A DNA stretch of 64,000 nt from Candidatus Latescibacterota bacterium (GCA_965248755.1 OZ252149.1:4352001-4416000); one strand, 5' to 3'. Shown: positions 30,485 through 41,551, counted from the first letter of the stretch. Notes: generated by a model from the sequence alone, not told the origin. Numbers and translations: made by a program.

Positions 30485-31210
30485 TCATCTGGGAACCCAA
30501 CTGGCGAAGTAGGTCGGCGACCACTTGCGCGTCAGTTGAAAAACGCGCTCCCTTACACAGCCGTGGTCTGGGGAAACCTCGATGTCGATATACGCCTCGG
30601 CCCCCGCTACAGTGGGAAATTCCGCCAGCCAGACGCGGTGCCAGGCAGCTTGGGGGGCCATCAGCTTAAAACACTCCAGCCGCATCAAACTATGCTTGTG
30701 GGTTACAGAGCGCATGCCCTCGATGTAGTCATCTTCCACCCGCTTTTCTCCGGAGCCGTGTGTCGGCTCCCCACGTTCGAAGAGCACTACAACCACACTG
30801 CCAGAGTCCACCCTTAGTTCTGGAACTTGGCGGGGATCAACGTCTTCCGGTACGATCACCGAAGGTGCAGCGTTCGCTACCCAGTCGGTGCAAAACTCCG
30901 GACGACAGTTACGCGCCAGGTAGTATTCGTAGTACCCATAGCGCCCATAGGGCGGCGCCATCTCTGCCTCAATCCATGCCTCGGCGCCCGCTAACGCCGG
31001 AAACTCAATGGTCCAGAAGCGCTCCCAAGTGCTTTGCGGCGCCATCAAACGGAACCCTTCGAGGCGCTGCAGCCCGTATTTGTGCGCAATTCCCAGCATC
31101 AGATCCACGTGCTCCTGCTGATAAGCTTTCTGTTCACGGGGCGACAAGCTGTGCCAGCTCAATAGCCGGCCACCTTTGTAGAGCACGACAATAGATTCGT
31201 CAGCTTCCAT
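30485..31210 (-). CDS. Hypothetical two-repeat protein, dimeric alpha+beta barrel-like
   Basis: Internal repeat RLE.F.LMAPQ..W.R.W..EFP..AGAEA.I in both halves. Confidence 0.7.
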   Translation of the reverse strand: MEADESIVVLYKGGRLLSWHSLSPREQKAYQQEHVDLMLGIAHKYGLQRLEGFRLMAPQSTWERFWTIEFPALAGAEAWIEAEMAPPYGRYGYYEYYLARNCRPEFCTDWVANAAPSVIVPEDVDPRQVPELRVDSGSVVVVLFERGEPTHGSGEKRVEDDYIEGMRSVTHKHSLMRLECFKLMAPQAAWHRVWLAEFPTVAGAEAYIDIEVSPDHGCVRERVFQLTRKWSPTYFASWVPR

Positions 31211-31558
31211 CTAATTTATCCCACTGTGGTTATTCTGTCGACGGATGATCTTTGAGCAGAAAAATCGGTTATAGAGTCAATTAGGATGAAGTTAATCCCT
31301 ATACACTGTGGATCTGACAGCAAGACACTCTTGCCTGCGGATTCCAGTGACTTTAGCCTGTAATCGAGACGGATTCCGAATGGCTAGTCAGACCATTCGA
31401 ACTGATGAAAGCAGGCGAAAGAGCCAGCCACTATGCAAATCCGTTCTTGGCGGCGAGGTCGAATTTGGAGTTCGTGCCTTCACAGTGGGAATGATCAGGT
31501 ATTTGTTTATCGGTCCGGCAGATGCATTTAGCGTCGGCTGGCGCTGGGGTAGCCACGT

Positions 31559-32472
31559 CTACATGACGATTTCGTGCATATCGCCGATCCACTTGATCCC
31601 GGTGGGTCCGGGTACTTCGCATGCTCCCCCCATGGCAAAAATGCGGTCGCCCACCGTCGCCGCATCCAGCCACGCCTTCCCCTTCGGCAACGGCGCTTCG
31701 CGGATCCAGCTGTCCGCGTCGATGTCGTAGATTTCAGTCGTGTTGGTGTAGTTTTTGATGGGGTCGTTGTCGTCCTCGTTGTTGTGGCCACCGCAGGTGA
31801 AAATCTTGTTGTCGCCCATCAGGGTTATGCCCATGGATTCCCTTCTTGTGAACATCGGGGCCAATTTTTCCCACTTGACCACAGTCGGATCCAGCACGTG
31901 TGCGTCGAGCAGGTAGGACTCCTCCCGGGGTTGACCCGTTCGACAACCACCGAAGACGTAGACCCTGTCATCGACACCGATGGCATTGGGGGCCTGGAGA
32001 CGGTAGGGAAAAGCTGGGCCCGACTCCCACTGGCCGCTCTGCGGATCGTAGACATCTACAGCCTCCAGTTGGGTGCCGGTTCACTCCATGGTGTTGCCGC
32101 CGATGATGTAGACCTTTCCACGGCAGGAAGCCAACGTCACTCCGGCCCTGGGACCACTGGGGGCAGGGGCCAGAACAGACCAGGTCTGCGTCTCTAGATC
32201 CAGCACCTCCAGGGCATCCTGCACGTTCCATCCGTCACCGATGCGCTCTATTTCCTCCTGTGTTCGGATAGTTTTGCCGCAACCCACATAAATCTTGCCA
32301 TCCAGCAGGGTGGCTCCGCGCTCTAGCTGTCTGTGGCAACGTCGTAGATTCCTACCACGTGAATCGTCTGAGTGGTGGCGCCGGAGATGGCGTAGATCTT
32401 CTCGCCCACCTCTATGGACTGCAAATCGTGCCGCGGCGTCGGCATGGACGCCCGTTGGATCCAGTTTCCCAT
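31559..32472 (-). pseudogene. Kelch-repeat (beta-propeller) protein pseudogene
   Basis: GGAGG RBS; MGNWIQRASMPTPRH..GEKIYAISG, TAG at 32323-32325, several frameshifts; kelch units GKVYIIGG, DRIFAMGG. Confidence 0.85.
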
Positions 32473-32556
32473 TATTCTTTCCTCCATGCCGGCGCGTCAC
32501 ATGATCCGAACCACGCCCAGTCGAGCTTCGTGGCCGGCATCTTGAGTTCGTATTCA

Positions 32557-33537
32557 CTGACATTCCCCATATGAAATTCATGAGGCGCTAAATTTCGATA
32601 GACCCTTGTTTGTAAGTGAATATAACCGCTTTTATATTCTTGAACAATCACTTTTTTCAATCAAAATAGCATTTCCCTCTGAATTAGCACTTTCTGTGTG
32701 TTAAATCTTAAAATTAGGGACATCTCTCCATCTACTCACAACAAAAAGTGGCAGTTTAAGAGAGTGGCATCGCAATAGTTTAATCCGGGATAAAACTTCG
32801 GCAAATAACCTGTTGTCTATCCCAACTCCAGCCACCTGCAACGCGATGTATCCGTTGTGCCTGACAATTTTCACACGAATCTTGATCAATTTCACAAGGA
32901 ACATCAGCAGAGACGACTGTTTGATTCTCCCTGTAAGAATCAACAGCCTCAAAAAGTTTCCAGGATTGTATGCCGGAACAAATAACCAGATCCGCACCTG
33001 ATCCCTTTTTGAACCCACATACTATTGATAGCTGACAGGCTGTCGAGATTTTCCAGCTGAGCCAGTATCTCCGTTTCAAAACCTCCTATCGTATTGGCTT
33101 TGGCCGCATGCTTGCCCTTGTCCTTCTTTCCGGTAATCGCTCGCATGACCGGGTCAACTGATAAACTCTGAGCATAATTGACTTCTTCATATCCAGCAAG
33201 ACGGCTGTAATCGATTAATGCACCAATGTGGCCATATCATGGTGGCCATATTATGTTGGATATTACGTCCAGTTCGTAAATCGCTAAGAGAGAGTAGATA
33301 CCGAGTCGAACAATCCTAAAACGTCATCAAGGTTACGATACGCAAGAATGCCACCCTCACATGTAACCTTCGAACCATGAAATTCAAGATTAGTACTTCC
33401 ATCAAATCCCATATTCATCGTTTCACTTCCTGAATGATCAATGTTTATCCGCAATTTTGTGAGTGTTATTTATTGTAATATAATATGTTGTGCAAACATT
33501 GACAACCGTGCTTAGAGCTTAATATGGCGAATGAAGG
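32557..33537 (-). mobile_element. Internally deleted, degenerate IS1380-family element
   Basis: N-terminal LEFHGSKVTCEGGILAYRNLDD..RLAGYEEVN..DPVMR..FETEIL joined to C-terminal QVRIWLFVPAYNPGNFLR..KLIKI.VKIVRH; imperfect terminal IRs CTGACATTCCCCATAT / ATATGGCGAATGAAGG. Confidence 0.85.
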
Positions 33538-33847
33538 GTAATATTTCTTGACTAAAGTTATGGATGAATGTATCTTATATGACTGTACGGGGAGCTATTC
33601 TGATGGGTAGACTCCATAGCGCGGCAAAGGTGAGACGGACAATGCTGGCGTTTTCGATTTAGGTCTGGCCGCGAACGAACATGAGGGGATTCAGGAGTCC
33701 TAATTACGTTTCATGACCTGTAGATCCTGAGTGGAGACTACGGTCTGGAGACTACGGTGATGACTACAGAGAGTGAAAGCTCTGAGCCTGAACAACGTCG
33801 GGCTGTGAGGAGGCGTAGGTCAGGTTTTTCGGATAAGGAGATGCAGC

Positions 33848-34726
33848 ATGCAAAGTAATGTCAAGCTGGATATAGAAGACGAAGAAATTGGTTTTATGAA
33901 CGTCGACCAGACCGACTTCAGTTCGTTCACCCTGGGTGAGCGTATTCGACACGTTGAGGTAGAGGGCTACGTCGTTCTACCCGATACACTCGACAGGCGG
34001 CAGATTGCAAGACTCAAGTCCGAACTTGCCGATATTCCAATGCAACATAAGGATTATAGCGTAGCTCAGACTGTGTCTGAGGATCCTCCACAGTGGCAGA
34101 GTCGCGCCGTTGCAGAGCTGATCGGGCATCCGCCGGTTATCCAGTTTCTCAGGGAACTGATGGGCACGGATATTGTGTTTACACGAGGAGTATTTCAACG
34201 CACGAATCACGGCTCCCCAGGGATCTCTATGCACACAGACGGACAGCCCTTTGGGTCGTCAATCTTTGACTACGAGGGCAGTTCGCCCCGGCTGCTGCGG
34301 GTCCTCTATTACCTCGACGACCTCATACCTGAACGGGCGCCCTTTCGGCTCGTGCCTCGTTCGCACCTGTCCTTCCATGCAGAAGCGAACCCGTACCTCC
34401 GATACAAGTCGCACCCGGAGGAGATCACCCTTTGCCTGAAGGCAGGATCAGCCCTTATCATCCCTAAAGACCTCTTCCACGGGACACATCCGAACAACGA
34501 CACCTCCTCCAGGTCGATGATTCAGTTCGGCTACCGGCCAGGCTGGTCCGGGCCGATCCAACCTATGGAGGAGTGGGACCCGGAGTTAGTGGCTGCAGCA
34601 CCCGAGCAGGCCAAGCCGTTCTTGCAGAGTCTCAACAAGACGGGCGGTGTGTGGAAGCTGGAGAATAAGCCAAAGGGCATGGCGTCAAACGCTCCCGGGA
34701 TCGACCCGCATCGCTGGGGAGACTGA
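33848..34726 (+). CDS. Phytanoyl-CoA dioxygenase (PhyH) family Fe(II)/2OG enzyme
   Basis: EGYVVLPD, MHTDG (HxD), VPRSH, FHGTHPN. Confidence 0.88.
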   Translation: MQSNVKLDIEDEEIGFMNVDQTDFSSFTLGERIRHVEVEGYVVLPDTLDRRQIARLKSELADIPMQHKDYSVAQTVSEDPPQWQSRAVAELIGHPPVIQFLRELMGTDIVFTRGVFQRTNHGSPGISMHTDGQPFGSSIFDYEGSSPRLLRVLYYLDDLIPERAPFRLVPRSHLSFHAEANPYLRYKSHPEEITLCLKAGSALIIPKDLFHGTHPNNDTSSRSMIQFGYRPGWSGPIQPMEEWDPELVAAAPEQAKPFLQSLNKTGGVWKLENKPKGMASNAPGIDPHRWGD

Positions 34727-34810
34727 GGGCATGAGGTGTAAGCCACTTCGGAGAACAAAAACTCAAATTCTCAGTATCCTGAGCGCTTTACGCTTCAAGG
34801 AGAATATCGT

Positions 34811-36427
34811 ATGAAACTGGCAGAGTTGATTATTGTCGAGGCAAGAGAGCGCGGTTTGCGACATTTCTTCGGTCTTCCCGGCGGCGGTTCTCCCTTGGAT
34901 ATTATGGACTCCGGCCGGCGTCTCGGCGTCGAATTTGTTAGCGTTGCGCACGAATCTTCCGCAGCGATCATGGCTGCATATTACGGAATCATGAAGGACA
35001 CAGCGGGGCTGGCTTTGGCTGTGAAGGGTATTGGGGCAGGCAATCTTGCCGGCGGTGCCGTAAATACGTATTTTGAACGTGCGCCTGTCGTATGTCTTTG
35101 TGAGTCCTCACCGACTCACGTGACTCAACGAGAGCTGGTACAGCACTACCAGCATGCCGAGCTGTTCGGTGCCGTTGTGAAGTTCCAGGACACCTTGACC
35201 CCCGATGCGGCTGCGGCTTGTCTTCAGGAAGCTGTGTTTCACGCTACGGACGGACGACCTGGGCCGGTCCTTTTAAATCTTCCCTCGGATTTGGGACAGG
35301 CAGAGTGCACTGATCCCCTGCCCGCAGTCTCTTCACCAGCGCCGCATCCACCGGACAGGGCCATGCTTGCCGACGCTTTAGAATTCATTCAAAGCTCTGG
35401 ACGACCGGTAGTAATCGCCGGTTCGGATGTCGTGCGCGCTGGAGCGACGCCGGAGTTGTTGGACCTGGTCGAGAACATCGGCGCAGCGGTTCTTGTCAAC
35501 ATGGATGCCCGCGGTGTCTTTCCTGAATCTCACCCTCGCTGGGCGGGAGTGTTCGTGGGCAATTTTAGCCCCAATATCGTCGAAACCGAAATCATTAGCC
35601 AAGCGGACACGGTGCTGCTGGTCGGGGCAGATGCCATGATGTCGCACACTCCCTGGAACAGCGAACTTTCCACTTGTGAGTTAGTGGCCCGACCCGAATA
35701 TGAGACGTTGTCGGAAAATCCTAAGGTGCGTGTGAACGGGGATCTGAAGGCTGCACTCACAAGCCTGTTGTCGCATAATCAGCAAGGCTTTTTCCAGAAC
35801 CAGATCCAGACGACACGCCGGAAGATACTGCAGAACTTCAAGAGGCCGGGGCAGGCCCGACTAGCAGCCCAGGACATCATTGAAATCACACGCGCCGTCC
35901 TTCCGGCGGAATGCGCTCTATTTTCGGAGACAGGTGTTTACATCCCCATGCTCGAGCATCTATGGACGGTGGTTCGACCCGAAACCTACTGGGGCACAGC
36001 AGGAGGGCGGACCATGGGACTGATGGTGCCTGCCATATTGGGAGCAAAGCTGGCAAGGCCCGAAGTTCCTATGGTGGGCATCGGTGCAGACGGCAGCATG
36101 TTGATGCGCCTTGGGGAACTGGAGGTTTTTGCACGCACCGGTGTAGCGGTGCCGCTAATAATTATCAATGACCGGGCCTTAGGCACGATGAAGTCACGAC
36201 AGAAATCTCGCGGCATGCACGAATACGGATTGGACCTCTGCTCCGTCGATTTTGCCGAAATTGCCACGGCGTGCGGTCTGATAGGCGTGCAGGTGGACGC
36301 CCCCGAACAGTTCGAAAAGGAGCTGAAGCGCGCACTGGAGGCAGATCGGACCACGCTCATCGACGCGCGGGTGGATCCTCTGGCTTACCAAGACAGCTTT
36401 GGCCCAACGATCGGTGTTCTTGCTTGA
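34811..36427 (+). CDS. Thiamine pyrophosphate-binding protein (acetolactate synthase-like)
   Basis: FFGLPGG, HESSAAIMA, RPGPVLLNLP, GADGSMLM..INDRALG. Confidence 0.9.
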   Translation: MKLAELIIVEARERGLRHFFGLPGGGSPLDIMDSGRRLGVEFVSVAHESSAAIMAAYYGIMKDTAGLALAVKGIGAGNLAGGAVNTYFERAPVVCLCESSPTHVTQRELVQHYQHAELFGAVVKFQDTLTPDAAAACLQEAVFHATDGRPGPVLLNLPSDLGQAECTDPLPAVSSPAPHPPDRAMLADALEFIQSSGRPVVIAGSDVVRAGATPELLDLVENIGAAVLVNMDARGVFPESHPRWAGVFVGNFSPNIVETEIISQADTVLLVGADAMMSHTPWNSELSTCELVARPEYETLSENPKVRVNGDLKAALTSLLSHNQQGFFQNQIQTTRRKILQNFKRPGQARLAAQDIIEITRAVLPAECALFSETGVYIPMLEHLWTVVRPETYWGTAGGRTMGLMVPAILGAKLARPEVPMVGIGADGSMLMRLGELEVFARTGVAVPLIIINDRALGTMKSRQKSRGMHEYGLDLCSVDFAEIATACGLIGVQVDAPEQFEKELKRALEADRTTLIDARVDPLAYQDSFGPTIGVLA

Positions 36428-36644
36428 CTCAATGAACCACGTAAGAACGCTCGAATCTTCTGAGTTGGCCCATTCGAATCTTACGCAAGACCGGATATGA
36501 CTATCCAGGGCAAATATTGTGGAGATGACTTATAGAGATCCAAAATAGTAGGCAGCATATACGGAAAACTTACCTAAGCTAGCTTGCTGTCTAATTATAT
36601 TCGAGAAGTTCTGTCAATCCATTTAGTTTCATGGAGATGTGAAC

Positions 36645-38213
36645 ATGAGTGCACACAAAAAGTATCGGCGCGTATTGTGCAACGACGACGGATGGATAAT
36701 GGGCACATCTGAGCCTCCGCTGAGCGTAGACCAGATTAGGGACAAGATGATCTCGCCCTGCGAAGGGACACCGGTGGACACCTTTCTGTGGTCGATAGGA
36801 GGCCATGAGGTCTACCACTACGAGACCGAAGTCGGAGAACTATCTGGTGAGGGCTATGAAGATCTCAACCCACGAGGTAAAACGAAGCATCAAAACCTTC
36901 GGCACATGATAAAGGAGAACGGGGGGCCAGTAACGGTCATCGCGGATTTGTGCCACGCTGCGGGATTGAGCTTCTTTCCATCAGTGAGGATGAACACACA
37001 CTACGATATTGAGGAGTCATCTCCAGACTACGGCCGGCTCAGAGGAGAACACCCGGAGTTACTCATCGGACGTCCCGGAGAGGAGATACCGGACGGGAGC
37101 CTCGAATGGGGCATCAGGACAGGTCTCAATTACGCGTTCCCCGAAGTGCGAGCTCACATGACCAAGATCATCTTCGAGCTGTTCGAGCGTTTCGACGTGG
37201 ACGGTATAGAGCTGGACTTCATGCGCCATCCGGCCTTCTTCAGGATGGAAGAGGCATACGCCAACCGTTACCTGATGACGGACATGATAGATCACATACA
37301 CCAGAGGATGAACCAGGTTGGCGCCCGGAGGGGAAAGCACCTCGAACTGGCGGTGAGGGTCCCACCGACGCTGGCCGACTCTAAGAGGATAGGACTCGAT
37401 GCCGAAGTATGGATCAAAGAAGGGCTCATAGACATACTCATCGCGGGTGGAGGGTTCATCCCGTTCCAGATGCCCATCTCAGAGTTTGTGGAGGCAGCCA
37501 GGGACACCGATTGCCAGGTATGCGGATGCTTCGAGGCGCTCAGGCCGTTTGTGGATGAGGAATTACTCAGGGCTGCAGCCGCTCGGTACTGGAGGGCAGG
37601 TGTCGATGGAATCTATCTCTTTAACTACTTCAGCATGTCAAACGAGTGGAGACGCAGTGTCCTGGCCCAGATGGCCGACCCGGATGCGCTGGTGCTTACT
37701 GACAAGCTCTATGAACTGGACTGTTCTGATAGGGACAGGCCGACTACCCAGCTCTGGCATTCGTTCCGGAACGCAATTCCTTTCGTTCAGCTGCCCGTTA
37801 CCTTAGAGGAGACCCTTGCCGAGCGCGGCACGATCCTCAGCATGGACATCGCCGACAACTTAGAGATGGCCTTCGCCGATGGAACATTAGCTAAATGCAT
37901 CCTCGCGCTTCGGTTTGACGACATTGTGGATGGAGACGAGATAGAGGTAAGTCTCAACCAGGTATCGGTCCCATGGGAATCAGGTAAGATTCCCTCAAAT
38001 GGCTGGAGTCGCCGGGTGTATGACCTAAATCAATATCCAGCTACGCTGAAAGAGACCGCTGTGGAAGGTGACTGCATCGAGTTTGAAATAGCCGCTCCTC
38101 CGCTTAAACAGGGGGTAAACGAGCTTGAGGTACGCCTGGTCAAGCCCGCCTCGGAGCGTACACAGCCGGTAGTCCTTGAAGGTGTAAGGTTGTCAATTCC
38201 CTACAGAAGATAA
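36645..38213 (+). CDS. Glycoside hydrolase-like (GHL10/DUF187-type TIM barrel) protein
   Basis: NDDG, FPSVRMN, LNYAFPEVR, DVDGIELDFMRHP, DGIYLFNY. Confidence 0.75.
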   Translation: MSAHKKYRRVLCNDDGWIMGTSEPPLSVDQIRDKMISPCEGTPVDTFLWSIGGHEVYHYETEVGELSGEGYEDLNPRGKTKHQNLRHMIKENGGPVTVIADLCHAAGLSFFPSVRMNTHYDIEESSPDYGRLRGEHPELLIGRPGEEIPDGSLEWGIRTGLNYAFPEVRAHMTKIIFELFERFDVDGIELDFMRHPAFFRMEEAYANRYLMTDMIDHIHQRMNQVGARRGKHLELAVRVPPTLADSKRIGLDAEVWIKEGLIDILIAGGGFIPFQMPISEFVEAARDTDCQVCGCFEALRPFVDEELLRAAAARYWRAGVDGIYLFNYFSMSNEWRRSVLAQMADPDALVLTDKLYELDCSDRDRPTTQLWHSFRNAIPFVQLPVTLEETLAERGTILSMDIADNLEMAFADGTLAKCILALRFDDIVDGDEIEVSLNQVSVPWESGKIPSNGWSRRVYDLNQYPATLKETAVEGDCIEFEIAAPPLKQGVNELEVRLVKPASERTQPVVLEGVRLSIPYRR

Positions 38214-38281
38214 TCGTCCAGTTTACCTCGTCGAACTATCCAACACGACAGGCAGCAGGAACCCCGGAAGGGCCTTCTTTC

Positions 38282-39275
38282 TCATGAACTTCGCTCTGAT
38301 CTCATCTCCTCGATGAAACGCACGGCATTCCCTGAGAAGTTATCCTCGATCTCCTCTTGAGTCAATCCTAAAATGTTCGCCACCTGCTGCTCCAGGCGCA
38401 ACTGCTCGTAAATCACAAACGTCGGTGTGGTATCACAGTGAGGAAGTTCGGACCCCCCCCGAAATACTCCCAGGCTCGGCCAGGGGTAATCTACTTGCAG
38501 CGAGCACACCCGGCCACGATGTTGTTCGAGACGAACATCACCTGTTTTCAATCCTCTTGTTTCATCAGCAGATAGTACGAGTATATCTCGTTCACGGCCG
38601 AAGCGACGTACCTGATATTCGGCATGTCTCTTGAGTACGTGGATCGACTCCTCCGTAATGAAGGCGTTGAAGGACCGGGCACAGTGCGCCAGGATCCATT
38701 GGGCCTTCGGGTACTCTTTGGTGTAGTACTGCAGGTCTTCAAGTTTTCGGGATCAGCAGCCCCGGTTTTCTTGGAAAGATGCATGGTGATCGCCAGCCCC
38801 ATGTCGTGCGCTACCTCGATGAAGGACTCGTGCAGGAAGTCCTGAATCCGATAATTGATCGGATCGGGGGCAAAGAAACGATAGGGCTTTAATCCAAAGA
38901 AGTTGTACTTTCTTACTTGAGCGGCGACGTAGTCAGGCGTTATATCCGGTGTGACCATCATGTTGACCTCGCATTGAGTATCCTCCGCCATCTGTGCCGC
39001 CATCCAATTGTTGTGGCCCTCTAGATCCATTCCCGGAATCGGGCTCCCCAGGACCAGGTAGTGCATCTCGCGATCGGGATATAGTTTTGCCGCCCAGGCC
39101 AGGTACTCCTGATAAGCGATCTCCATCGCATACCTGGGCGAGGGCCTTTTAGTGCTCCTGTATGTGCCTCGGCACTGATGTGGGTGTGCATGTCGTAGAT
39201 CACAGGGGGCACAAAGTTCTCCAATTCCTTTTCCCAGATATCGCGGTCCAAGCTTCGGTAATCAATAGTTCCCAT
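38282..39275 (-). pseudogene. Amidohydrolase family protein pseudogene
   Basis: IYDMHTH, GLKPY, ITMHL motifs distributed over several frameshifted ORFs. Confidence 0.82.
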
Positions 39276-39304
39276 AAATTTTCACTCACATATATGTAGC
39301 ATCA

Positions 39305-39560
39305 AGCCCATTCAACCGCGGCGGTCACGATAGGTTGCGCTATCTAATTGTCGCTGTTGTTGAGCAACTGATGCTTGGTTTTGTATGGTAGATATGCGGC
39401 ATCTCCCTCTTTAAACTGCTTAGGACTCACCATGCCCTTCATAAAGTATTACCATGGACCTTCCCAATTCTGGAAGGATCATTCGAAGAAAGTGAGAAAT
39501 CAGTGGTAGCACACCTGCTTCGGCTGCAATGCCTGATGCAAAAACAAAGAGCCTGCAATC
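39305..39560 (-). pseudogene. Degraded cupin-domain gene remnant
   Basis: FKEGDAAYLPYKTKHQLLNNSD resembles cupin motif 2; multiple stops. Confidence 0.4.
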
Positions 39561-39859
39561 AGGGCAATTTAGTTTCTTTCGGAGGTAAGAGAGTACTGAT
39601 GGAACGCTATGCAGAGACGAGGGCACTCCGGCCCTTAGGGTTTATTCGCAGATCTCCTCCCATCTGGGGTGGCAGGAGATTACGTAATGCTCACTGCGCC
39701 TCGCCCTAGGGTGCGGTAGCCAATCCCTGCATTGGATAGGTGTATTCAAATCAACCTAGGGGACAGCTCAGACCTGCCGCTAGGTCTTGATAGGTCGCTT
39801 GTATTCTACCGAACCAACGCTACTAAAAATTAAATAGCCCTGCTTGACATCTTGCAGTA

Positions 39860-39888
39860 TTGACAAACAGATAGGAAAAGTTTATATT
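39860..39888 (+). promoter_or_regulatory. Sigma-70 promoter upstream of coaX
   Basis: TTGACA-N17-TATATT. Confidence 0.7.
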
Positions 39889-40074
39889 CTCAAATAACTC
39901 AGATGGTCATAGAAGATGCTGGTGGACTACGGAAGTTACTGAAATATCCAGGTGTTTCAGGTAAGTTTTCTTCAAGGACTTTCAGAAGGGCAATTATATG
40001 CCAGTATTTGCGCGGGAACGTCTAACTATCCTAAAGGAGAGCGGCTTGGCTCCATAAGTGGCTTAGAGAATACG

Positions 40075-40848
40075 ATGCTTGTGGCGGTAGACGTAGGAAA
40101 TTCAAATGTCTCGGTGGGGGTTTTTGCCGGGGACTTTCTTGAAGGGAGTTGGAAGTTTCCTGCTGATCAGAATCGGTCTGTGGAAGAATATGTTCATGAT
40201 ATATTGGTCGCCTTCAGGGACAGCGGAGTGTGTTGGGGAAGCGTAAAGCACACGGTTATATCCTCCGTCGTCAGCGAAATGGCGGATAAGTTCGTCGCAG
40301 TCTCCGGTGAACTTTTCGGGAAGGACGGGATCGTAGCTTCTACCCATATGGATCTTGGGTTAGAAATTGACCTTAAATGTCCTGAAGGCGTGGGTATAGA
40401 CAGGCTCCTTGAGGCATCTGCTGCCTACGAATTATACAAAGGACCGTGTGTAGTTGTGGACGTCGGAACAGCTATAACTGTAGATGCCGTGTCTGTGGAT
40501 GGTAAGTTCTTAGGGGGGGCTATAGCGCCGGGCTTGAAGATGTCTCTAAAGGCTCTCTCCAAAGGAACGAGCCTGCTCCCGTGGGTCGAGTTGAGCAAGC
40601 CTGATTCTGTGATAGGTAAAGATAGCCCCCATTGCATGCGATCGGGAGTAGTATATGGCTCTGTGGGACTGATAGATGGACTTGTAGAGAAAATGAAGGA
40701 AATATTAGGACAGGGGACCAAGGTGATAGCCACTGGGGGGGATGCTGAACTCATATCTGGGGAATTGAAATCGATTCAAGAAGTAGATCTATGTTTAGTC
40801 CTAAAAGGATTAAGGTCTGCCTATATAAGAAATTGGGGGACAATATGA
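40075..40848 (+). CDS. coaX: Type III pantothenate kinase
   Basis: MLVAVDVGNSN, ISSVV, VGIDR, VDVGTAITVD, GGAIAPG, IATGG. Confidence 0.95.
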   Translation: MLVAVDVGNSNVSVGVFAGDFLEGSWKFPADQNRSVEEYVHDILVAFRDSGVCWGSVKHTVISSVVSEMADKFVAVSGELFGKDGIVASTHMDLGLEIDLKCPEGVGIDRLLEASAAYELYKGPCVVVDVGTAITVDAVSVDGKFLGGAIAPGLKMSLKALSKGTSLLPWVELSKPDSVIGKDSPHCMRSGVVYGSVGLIDGLVEKMKEILGQGTKVIATGGDAELISGELKSIQEVDLCLVLKGLRSAYIRNWGTI

Positions 40849-40945
40849 AAGCAGTAGAAAGTTAAGAGTACAGAGCATAGGGGGAAACCCTGTTTAGAAA
40901 CTATTGCCTACTTATAATAACGCAGCCGACCAGGAGGATAAGAAT

Positions 40946-41551
40946 ATGTCACAGGAGAGTCTAGCAGATAGCTATTTGGAGGAAATCTTGGGGGACATAT
41001 ATCCGAAAGTTGAGACTTTGAAGGACGGTACTGAAATTACCGTAAAGTTATTAGAGAGCGGGGATAAGGAGGAGCTTGTGGAGTTTTTCCGTCATATTCA
41101 GGCCAGAGACAGGATGTTCCTCAAGGACGATGTTACAGATGAGTCCGTTATTCAAGGATGGTGTACAAATATAGACCTCGGGAGAGTTATCCCTTTAGTG
41201 GCGAAGACAGAAGGAAAGATTGTAGCCGACGCTACACTCCATCATCAAAAGATGGGCTGGATGAGGCGCGTGGGACAGGTTCGGGTCGTAGTGCATTCTG
41301 ACTATAGGCGTCGCGGCTTATCGGCTCTGCTGTTGAGTGAGTTGTCGGACATAGCCCTGCACGCCGGACTGGACAGGTTAAACGCCGAATGTATGATAGA
41401 ACAGCATGGGGCTATTCAGATGTTTCTGGATATAGGTTATATTCAGGCGGCAACGCTCGCGGACCAGGTCATAGACCTAAGAGGACAGCCTCACGATCTG
41501 GTGATATTGGTAAACGATCTAAGGGATAGGGAATATCCCGAATTGGATTAA
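40946..41551 (+). CDS. GNAT family N-acetyltransferase
   Basis: AGGAGG RBS; LKDGTEITV.., VVHSDYRRRGLS acetyl-CoA motif. Confidence 0.88.
   Translation: MSQESLADSYLEEILGDIYPKVETLKDGTEITVKLLESGDKEELVEFFRHIQARDRMFLKDDVTDESVIQGWCTNIDLGRVIPLVAKTEGKIVADATLHHQKMGWMRRVGQVRVVVHSDYRRRGLSALLLSELSDIALHAGLDRLNAECMIEQHGAIQMFLDIGYIQAATLADQVIDLRGQPHDLVILVNDLRDREYPELD

Noticed and set aside
33733..33770. TGGAGACTACGGT tandem duplication
   Set aside because: Only two 13-bp adjacent copies; simple slippage
39762..39780. AGACCTGCC as a cobalamin riboswitch B12 box
   Set aside because: Upstream GGGAA and GCCACTG core elements are not in the right arrangement and no B12-related gene follows
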